32,000 nucleotides of DNA from an uncultured Chloroflexia bacterium. Lineage in GTDB: Bacteria > Chloroflexota > Anaerolineae > Anaerolineales > Anaerolineaceae. The stretch spans positions 3,270,001 to 3,302,000 of the forward strand of contig OY969938.1 in assembly GCA_963704755.1 (NCBI GenBank), given 5' to 3'. The translations under genes and the position numbers were made by a program. Shown here in pieces: positions 16,753-23,743 of the stretch (position 1 is its first letter; each line of letters begins with the position of its first letter). The notes under the pieces were generated by a model. The model worked only from the letters and a program-made list of their open reading frames with translations. It searched no databases and had not been told where the DNA came from.

Positions 16753-16824
16753 CTTCGTTTTATCCTGACGCATAGCCAAATAGCATGATCCTCACAACCC
16801 AAAACAATAACTTTATAAAATCAG

Positions 16825-17606
16825 CTTGAAGAGCGGCCTCGGTCTGGAGACCGGGCCGATCCACTTTGGGCCATCGTTCTTTTAAACATCAATTTCTCTT
16901 TTTCTTTTCTTTCTTTTCTCCGTGTCCTCCGTGCCTCTGTGGTTTTTATTTCTGAATTTTTAAAGGGCGGCGCTGTAACGGTGCGTTCCGGGCATGCCAG
17001 GGTAGGCCAGTTGCCTGGTGTTCAACCATGCTCGGGATGTCAGCCCTAAAACGCACCCTACGACAGCGCTCTTCTAAAAATTCTTCTCTGCGCTCCACAC
17101 GCCCTGGCGGGCGGTGCCATGGTCCGCGTATCAGCGGTGAAACATTTAGCGCCGTAGGGTGGGTGCAGGGCTCATAAACAACGCTGGCGAACAAAAAGCA
17201 GATGTCCCAACCCGGGGATTGCCCGTAACCCACCGTTATATCCGGATGGTAGGTTACGGGCAAGGTTTCGTAGGTCTTGTCGGTATGTAGGTAGCCGGCG
17301 TTATGAATCGGCCCTGCACCCACCCTACATTTCTGAATTTTAAAGGGCGGCGCTGTAACGGTGCGTTCCGGGCACGCCAGGGTAGGCCAACGGTATGGTT
17401 ATTCAACCATGCACGGGATGTCAGCCCTAAAACGCACCCTACGCCGGTGCATTTTTTTATAAAATCTTCTCTGCGCTCTCCGCGCCTCTGCGGTGAATTT
17501 TCCTGGCCAGCCAATAAGAGCGGCCTCGGCCGACAGAAAGGGGGGAGAGACCGGGCCGATCACTCCTTTTTATTCTCTTCTCCGTGACCTCCGTGCCTCC
17601 GTGGTT
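16825..17606 (+). repeat. composite modular repeat array (C-A-B-A'-X-B-A'-C-A)
   Basis: C hairpins (gagcggcctcgg...gaccgggccgatc) lie at 16825-16860 and 17514-17560. B long hairpins lie at 16961-17063 and 17341-17444. The CTCCGTG and CTCTGCG heptamer modules are also present, with the nested inverted-repeat element X at 17153-17327. Confidence 0.8.
17153..17327. repeat. MITE-like element with perfect 18-bp terminal inverted repeats
   Basis: The terminal repeats are GTAGGGTGGGTGCAGGGC (17153-17170) and GCCCTGCACCCACCCTAC (17310-17327). An internal 14-bp hairpin is gcccgtaacccacc / ggtaggttacgggc. The repeat begins with the same cGTAGGGTG as the reverse complement of the B-hairpin arm. Confidence 0.75.
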
Positions 17607-17668
17607 AAACCTCTTATCTGGTTGTAAAATTAAGCCGTAACAAAATCCACCCTGTAAGGAGCCCGGTA

Positions 17669-18340
17669 ATGCCTATTCCGGATAGCTGGCTTTCCGCGCT
17701 GGAAAGCGAAACGACCCAACCCTATTACCAGCAGCTCTATCGCTTTGTGGGCGAGGAGCGCCGCAAGTATAAGGTCTATCCGCCGGGACAGGACGTGTTC
17801 AACGCGCTGCGCTACACGCCCTTCGAGCGCGTGCGCGTCGTCATCATTGGCCAGGACCCTTACCACGACGAAAACCAGGCCCAGGGACTGGCCTTTTCCG
17901 TACGCCCAGGGGTGGTGGTGCCGCCTTCACTGGTGAATATCTTCAAGGAATTGCAGGCCGACGTCCATTTCCGCATCCCTAACAACGGCTGCCTGGTCCC
18001 CTGGGCCGAGCAAGGGGTGCTGCTGCTCAATGCCGTGCTGACCGTGCGCGCTCACCAGGCCAATTCGCACCAGGGCAAAGGCTGGGAGCAGTTCACCGAC
18101 GCGGTGCTGCGGGCGGTCAACGCGCGGGGGGACAAGGTGGTTTTTCTGCTGTGGGGCAGCTATGCCCAACGCAAAGCCGAGTGGATCGACACCAACCGCC
18201 ACACGGTGCTGAAAGCGCCGCACCCGTCGCCGCTCTCCGCTACCCGCGGATTCTTCGGCTGCCGGCATTTCTCCAAAACCAACGCCGCGCTTCAGTCGGC
18301 CGGCCTGGCGCCGATCGACTGGCAGCTCCCGGATTTGTAA
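17669..18340 (+). CDS. ung: uracil-DNA glycosylase (family 1)
   Basis: The motifs GQDPYH, the water-activating loop, HPSPLS and the overall length of 223 aa match family-1 UDG. An AAGGAG RBS lies 7 nt upstream. Confidence 0.95.
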   Translation: MPIPDSWLSALESETTQPYYQQLYRFVGEERRKYKVYPPGQDVFNALRYTPFERVRVVIIGQDPYHDENQAQGLAFSVRPGVVVPPSLVNIFKELQADVHFRIPNNGCLVPWAEQGVLLLNAVLTVRAHQANSHQGKGWEQFTDAVLRAVNARGDKVVFLLWGSYAQRKAEWIDTNRHTVLKAPHPSPLSATRGFFGCRHFSKTNAALQSAGLAPIDWQLPDL

Positions 18341-18344
18341 AGAA

Positions 18345-18372
18345 AAAGGTGCGGCCAAACGGCCGCACCTTT
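18345..18372. terminator. bidirectional terminator hairpin between ung and the DHFR-family gene
   Basis: The 12-bp stem aaaggtgcggcc / ggccgcaccttt has the loop aaac. An A-run upstream and a short T-run downstream flank it, and it sits between convergent genes. Confidence 0.5.
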
Positions 18373-18375
18373 GGA

Positions 18376-18955
18376 TTACCCGCGCCGGTAGCGCATATAC
18401 ACCACGCCGGACGGCAGAGGCGTAGCCTCCACCAATTTCAAGTCGAGGCGTTTCCCGGGTGGGAACAAGCGCTTGCCGCTGCCCAGCACCAGGGGATACA
18501 CGTGTAGCGCGTACTCATCCACCAGGTCGTTCTGGGCCAGGGTCTGGTTCAACACGCTGCTGCCATCGACGAGGATGTTCTTGCCGGGCTGCTCTTTGAG
18601 CCGGCGAATCGATTCGGCGACATTGTCGCGGATGATGGTGGAGTTGCGCCAGGCCGAGGCGGATTGCAGCGTGGTGGACACAACGTACTTGGGCACGTTG
18701 TTCATCGCATCGCCGAACGAGTTCGCCCACCATTGGTTCGAAGGCGTTGCCGTGGATTTGCCACGTTTTCCGGCCCAGCAAGAGGGTATCGGCTGTGGAC
18801 ATAGCCTGAAAGAAGTGCGCGCCAATATCGTCGTGCCAATAGGGCCAGGTCCAGCCGCCGTGGGTAAAGCCCCCATCGGTATCTTCTTCCGCGCCGCCCG
18901 GCGCCTGGATCACGCCGTCCAGAGTGATGAATTCAGCGACGATCAGTTCTCTCAT
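18376..18955 (-). pseudogene. dihydrofolate reductase family (RibD C-terminal domain) gene split by a frameshift
   Basis: The N-terminal half (MRELIVAEFITLDGVIQAPGG...LLLGRKTWQIHGNAFEP) is in the frame of ORF 18515..18967. The C-terminal half (WANSFGDAMNNVPKYVVSTTL...ILVDGSSVLNQTLAQNDLVDEYALHVYPLVLGSGKRLF) is in the frame of ORF 18376..18876. The switch point is at about 18725-18740. A GGAGGA RBS precedes the ATG at 18955. Confidence 0.7.
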
Positions 18956-19074
18956 ATTTTCCTCCATTTACCGATTAAGTTGAGAATAGCTGCCGCTGGG
19001 ATCTATTGTAGCATAAGGGGTTATGACTTTCCTCAAGGCCGCATCCGGTCAGGCCAGCTCGGGCGAGGGAAAGT

Positions 19075-19503
19075 TTAACCGGGGTTTAGGGAGATTTTTC
19101 TGTCCGCCACCTGGGATACGATCTGGATGGGATTGCCGTCCGGGTCCATAACCCAGGCCGAACGCAACGTGGATAGGAAATCGTGAGGCGGGCTGAGGCT
19201 GGGGATGCCTTTGGCGATCAGGTCCGCATAGGCTGCATCCACGTTCTCCGTCCAAACCACCAGCTCGGCTCGTGGGGATCCGGCATCATGGCCGAGCGGT
19301 AGGCCGTGCATGGCCTGGGCGGACTTTTTGGAGGCCAGACCCAGGGTGAGTGAACCCAACCGGACCTCTACGTGGTCCGGTTTACCGTGTTGGTGGGTAC
19401 GGAAGGTTTCGACGAAACCAAAATGGTCGGTGTAAAAACGCACTGCTTTTTCAACGTCTTCGACGTAGTAGTTGATGGCCGGGTCGGTGTATTGGATGGG
19501 CAT
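19075..19503 (-). CDS. VOC (glyoxalase/bleomycin-resistance/dioxygenase) family protein
   Basis: This 142-aa product has the N-terminal INYYVEDVEKAVRFYTDHFGF motif typical of the VOC fold. Confidence 0.8.
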   Translation of the reverse strand: MPIQYTDPAINYYVEDVEKAVRFYTDHFGFVETFRTHQHGKPDHVEVRLGSLTLGLASKKSAQAMHGLPLGHDAGSPRAELVVWTENVDAAYADLIAKGIPSLSPPHDFLSTLRSAWVMDPDGNPIQIVSQVADRKISLNPG

Positions 19504-19666
19504 GGGGGTGATTCCATTAGGTATCAGTATTATCTTTTCTCTGCGATTATTCTGGTCATTATAAATTGAAGATCTAAAATCGTGCGGTCCGATTTTGACC
19601 GCACCTTACATGCTTTGGGAATCGTCTTTCAAGAAATCAAGAAATAAAAATATTTTAGAAACACCG

Positions 19667-20044
19667 TTACCCATTTAATTCTTTTATCACATTACCGAAA
19701 AATATACCCGCGATTTTTGCAAAAATTTCTATGGTTTGAGGTAAGTTTTTCTTTTCAACCTCCTGTTTTGTATTTTCCCAAACGCTTTCATTTCGAATTA
19801 ATTCCAGGTAGTCATAACCAGAGCTGGTAAGGTTTCCAATTTGAAATTCTAGAATGGTATTATCTCCATATATTGGCTTATATTCGGTAATTAAACCCTG
19901 TTGAAAAAGCAAACCACAGTGTTCGGCAATTATCGGTAGACCATACCCTTCAATGAAAAGACCAAACAGTAAGCCATCTCCTGGCTTATATTTCTCTTCT
20001 ATCTCGAAGAGAATTTTTCGAATCAGAACCATGTCTCGCTTCAT
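19667..20044 (-). CDS. DUF2513-like small protein (probable winged-helix fold)
   Basis: This 125-aa product starts MKRDMVLIRKILFEIEE, as I remember DUF2513 family members doing. An AGGAG RBS lies 9 nt upstream. The gene is AT-rich relative to its flanks. Confidence 0.65.
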   Translation of the reverse strand: MKRDMVLIRKILFEIEEKYKPGDGLLFGLFIEGYGLPIIAEHCGLLFQQGLITEYKPIYGDNTILEFQIGNLTSSGYDYLELIRNESVWENTKQEVEKKNLPQTIEIFAKIAGIFFGNVIKELNG

Positions 20045-20269
20045 TGCGATATACTCCTAAAAAATCTTTTATGCCGATCTTTTAATAATCTCCATTTCAA
20101 ACGAATACCATGAAAAGAAAATAAGGTGCGGTCCGGTTTTTGCAGCACCATTTTGCAGTGGATAGCCGGAAGACCCTGTCGAAATCCCCCTGGTTACAAT
20201 TACATTATACATATTTCTCTTTAAATTATTACAGTCGCTTCCCTATTGCCCTACCAATTTTGACAGATC

Positions 20270-21316
20270 AAACCAGCGTTGAAGAGCGGCCACGGCCGAG
20301 GGTTGCGAGGGGCCGGGCCGATCTGCTTTTAACAAATATTCTTTCCTGTTCTAAACTCTTTTATCTTCGTTTTTCTCAGTGAACTCCATGCTTCCGTGGT
20401 TTCCTTTTCTTTCTCCGCGCTCTCTGCGTCTCTGCGGTGAAATAAAAAACCGGCGTTGAAGAGCGGCCTCGGCCGAGGGTTGCGAGGGACCGGGCCGATC
20501 TGCTTTTTATTAATATTCTTTCCTGTTCAAAACTCCTTATTCTTCGTTTTTCTCCGTGCCTCCGTGGTTTGATTCGTAAAGGCGGCGCCATAACGGTGCG
20601 TTCCGGGCACGCCAGGGTAGGCTGGTGGGCAGGTGGTCCGCCTGCGCCAGGGACGTCAGCTCTAAAACGCACCCTACGACGGCTTTAAAATATTAATTTC
20701 TCTTCTTCTCTTTCTTTTCTCCGTGAACTCTGTGTGCTCCGTGGTTTGATTCGTAAAGGCGGCGCCATAATGGTGCGTTCCGGGGACGCCAGGGTAGGCT
20801 GGTGGGCTGGTGGTCCGCCGGCCCCAGGGACGTCAGCCCTAAAACGCACCCTACGACGGCTTTAAAATATTAATTTCTCTTCTTCTCCTTCTTTTCTCCG
20901 TGAACTCTGTGTGCTCCGTGGTTTGATTCGTAAAGGCGGCGCCATAACGGTGCGTTCCGGGCACGCCAGGGTAGGCTAGTGGGCAGGTGGTTCGCCGGCG
21001 CCAGGGACGTCGGCCCTAAAACGCACCCTACGACGGCTTTAAATATTAATTTCTCTTCTTCACTTTCTCTTCTCCGTGAACTCTGTGTGCTCCGTGGTTT
21101 GATTCGTAAAGGCGGCGCCATAACGGTGCGTTCCGGGCACGCCAGGGTGGGCTAGTGGGCAGGTGGTTCGCCGGCGCCAGGGACGTCAGCCCTCAAACGC
21201 ACCCTACGACGGCTTTAAAATATTAATTTCTCTTCTTCTCTTTCTTTTCTCCGTGAACTCCGTGCCTCCGTGGTTTAAATCTTCTTCCCTCCGCGCCCTC
21301 TGCGCCTCTGCGGTGT
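20270..21316 (+). repeat. tandem modular repeat array: two C-type units, then four B-type units spaced 176-177 bp apart
   Basis: The anchor gattcgtaaaggcggcgcc recurs at 20571, 20748, 20925 and 21101. C-type units start at 20270 and 20449. Each unit ends with the CTCCGTG-CTCTGTG-CTCCGTG module. The array closes with CTCCGCG-CTCTGCG-CTCTGCG at 21289-21312. Confidence 0.9.
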
Positions 21317-21465
21317 AATACTAGCCAATGGTCCAGTCAGACCCTATATAAGTGCGTGCGGAAGACAATCAATATCGGTTTATATATTGCAAATAGGATA
21401 AACAATGGCTAAAATGAAATCCAAGGTGGATTTGCAAACCGAAAATCCAGAAAAAGTGAAAAGGA

Positions 21466-22590
21466 ATGCCCGTTGATTCTGATCTAGACGATCTTCAAGA
21501 GTCGCCATCCTTTGAAATCACTGTTTCGCGCGGATTAGCCGGTTGGTTGGCTGCCCAGAAAGTCAGCCTGGCGTTCACCATCCCGGCCCAAAAAGTTTTT
21601 TTTCTTGGCATTAAACCTGATGGCAGTCTTTCGGTTTTCGAGCGGACGATGCAGCGTTGTATGGGTATCGCTGCGGTCGGCTCGAAAACTTTGTATTTAA
21701 GCACGCGTTACCAGATCTGGCGCATGGAGTGCCCTTTGGGCCCCGGCCAGCTTGCCGAGGGGGGATATGATCGCCAGTATATTCCCCGCCTGGCTTACAC
21801 CACCGGGCTGCTAAACACCCACGATGTGACCGTGGATGCACAGGGGCGGGTGCTTTTTGTCGCTACCCGTTTTGGCTGCCTGGCCAGCGTCAGCGAACAA
21901 TACAATTTTGTGCCGCTGTGGTCCCCGCCGTTTCTTTCCGGCCTGGCGTCTGGGGATCGCTGCCACCTGAACGGCATCGCCCTGGTGGATGGCCTGCCGG
22001 CTTATGCCAGCAGTGTCAGCCAGGACGATACCCTGGAGGGCTGGCGCGACCATCGCCGCGCCGGCGGCACGATCACGGATGTGCACACCAACCAGATCGT
22101 CCTGACGGGCTTATCCATGCCGCACTCGCCGCGCTGGTATCGCGACCGGCTGTGGCTGACCAATTCCGGCACCGGCCAATTTGGCTGGGTGAACCTGGAA
22201 CGCGGCGCTTTCGAGCCGGTGACCTTCGCGCCCGGGTTTTTACGCGGCCTGAGCTTCGTGGGCGACTATGCCATCGTCGGATCGTCGAAGCCGCGCTATG
22301 GCAACGTGTATTCGGGCCTGGCCCTGGATGATGAATTGGAACGGCGCAATCAAAAGGCTCATCTGGGCTTTTTTATCGTCAATCTACAGACCGGCCAGGT
22401 GGAGCACTGGTTTTTTATCGAAAGCGACGCCATGCGCGAGCTTTACGATATTGTCGCGCTCCCCGGCATCCGCCAGCCCATGGCCCTGGGCTTTATGACC
22501 GATGAAATTCTGCGCAGTATTTGGTTCGACCCGCCCTCCTTCGCTAAATCCGATTCCAAAGCAGCGGGCTATGTTCAAATGAAAGAATAG
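21466..22590 (+). CDS. TIGR03032 family protein (paralogue 1)
   Basis: This 374-aa product carries motifs I associate with TIGR03032/DUF4915: VSLAFT, YQIWR, NTHD, CHLNGIAL, MPHSPRWY.DRLWLTNSGTGQFG and FLRGLSF.GDYAIVGSS. Confidence 0.75.
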   Translation: MPVDSDLDDLQESPSFEITVSRGLAGWLAAQKVSLAFTIPAQKVFFLGIKPDGSLSVFERTMQRCMGIAAVGSKTLYLSTRYQIWRMECPLGPGQLAEGGYDRQYIPRLAYTTGLLNTHDVTVDAQGRVLFVATRFGCLASVSEQYNFVPLWSPPFLSGLASGDRCHLNGIALVDGLPAYASSVSQDDTLEGWRDHRRAGGTITDVHTNQIVLTGLSMPHSPRWYRDRLWLTNSGTGQFGWVNLERGAFEPVTFAPGFLRGLSFVGDYAIVGSSKPRYGNVYSGLALDDELERRNQKAHLGFFIVNLQTGQVEHWFFIESDAMRELYDIVALPGIRQPMALGFMTDEILRSIWFDPPSFAKSDSKAAGYVQMKE

Positions 22591-22597
22591 CGTCCGT

Positions 22598-23701
22598 ATG
22601 TCTACAAAAGCGCAAAACCTGGCTGCGATCGATTTGTACGAACTGGTCGAATTGCTGGACTACCAGGTCGAATGTTCCCCCCATTTCGCGGAGTGGATGG
22701 CCGAGCAGCAGGTCAGCCTGGGGTTTACCAGTAAGCTCGAAAACAGCTTGTTCCTGGTGGGCCTCAAGCCCGATGGGCAGTTAGCCGTCTCGGAGCACAC
22801 CTTCGAGCACGGAATGGGCCTGGTGGCTCCCAGTTCACAAAGCCTTTACCTGGTCACCCAGTACCAGATCTGGCGCCTCGAAAATGCCCTGCCGCCCGGC
22901 CGGTTGACGGATGATGGCTGCGACCGCTTTTACGTTCCGCAAATGGGCTACACTACCGGGCAAGTCAATATCCACGACCTGGCGGTGGGGGAGGATGGCC
23001 AGATTTACTTTGCCTGCACGGCCTTTAGCTGCCTGGCCACCACCAGCCCCAGGCTCAACTTTGTCCCGCTGTGGCAGCCGCCCTTCCTGAACAGTTTTAC
23101 AGCCGAAGATGTCTGCCACCTCAACGGACTGGCCCTGCGCCAGGGCCGCCCGGCGTACATGACCTGTTTTGCCCAAACCACCACCAGCGAGGGCTGGCGC
23201 GATCGGCGCCTGGATGGCGGCGCCGTTTTCGACCTGGAGGCAAACCAGGCCATTTTGACGGGCCTTTGCATGCCCCATTCGCCGCGCTGGTACCAGGACC
23301 GTTTGTGGCTGACCAATTCCGGGGCCGGCCAATTCGGCTATGTGGACCTATCGCACGGGCGTTTCGAGCCGGTTGTGGAAGCCCCAGGCTATTTACGCGG
23401 GCTGGCTTTTTACGGTGATTACGCTGTGGTCGGCTCTTCGCAAGCCAGGAGCAGCGACCTTTTTAGCGGTCTGCCTTTACTCGACAGGCTGCAAATGAAC
23501 CAGGCCCAACCCCATCGTGGGTTGTACGTGGTTCATTTGCCCTCTGGCCAGATCAAACATTGGCTGAGTTTTGAAGTGAGTAAAGGAGAAATATATGATG
23601 TCGTGATCCTGCCCGGCGTACGCCGGCCCAAGGCCACCGGCCAGCACACCCTGGATATCCAAAAATGGGTGACGGTTGCCCCGATGGCCTCGCTTTACTG
23701 A
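22598..23701 (+). CDS. TIGR03032 family protein (paralogue 2)
   Basis: This 367-aa product is collinear with the upstream gene and shares the same motif set (VSLGFT, YQIWRLEN, CHLNGLAL, MPHSPRWYQDRLWLTNSGAGQFG, YLRGLAFYGDYAVVGSS). The intergenic gap is 7 nt. Confidence 0.75.
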   Translation: MSTKAQNLAAIDLYELVELLDYQVECSPHFAEWMAEQQVSLGFTSKLENSLFLVGLKPDGQLAVSEHTFEHGMGLVAPSSQSLYLVTQYQIWRLENALPPGRLTDDGCDRFYVPQMGYTTGQVNIHDLAVGEDGQIYFACTAFSCLATTSPRLNFVPLWQPPFLNSFTAEDVCHLNGLALRQGRPAYMTCFAQTTTSEGWRDRRLDGGAVFDLEANQAILTGLCMPHSPRWYQDRLWLTNSGAGQFGYVDLSHGRFEPVVEAPGYLRGLAFYGDYAVVGSSQARSSDLFSGLPLLDRLQMNQAQPHRGLYVVHLPSGQIKHWLSFEVSKGEIYDVVILPGVRRPKATGQHTLDIQKWVTVAPMASLY

Positions 23702-23743
23702 ACAGGTAGTTTTAATGGAAGAAGCGTGTTCTATGGAGGTCCA

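Noticed and set aside
16946-17587. ORFs 16946..17323, 17254..17514 and 17303..17587, and likewise 20376..20672, 20870..21121 and the 5' two-thirds of 26170..26772.
   Set aside because: They read straight through the modular repeats, giving recurring peptides such as NAPLQRRPLK, APPLRIKPR and TEFTEKRK. They lack RBSs. Their 'conservation' is DNA-repeat identity, not protein selection.
20741-20760. A tRNA T-arm-like string (gtggtttgattcg) in each repeat unit, considered as a possible tRNA fragment or integration site.
   Set aside because: It does not match the GGTTCGAATCC consensus and no acceptor or anticodon arms can be drawn around it. I could not find any tRNA gene in the window by eye.
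20270-21316. A possible CRISPR array or a diversity-generating retroelement target, because of the regular spacing and variable hairpin apex.
   Set aside because: The period is ~177 bp. The inter-hairpin segments are as conserved as the hairpins, so there are no unique spacers. No cas genes and no reverse transcriptase or template repeat are present in the window.
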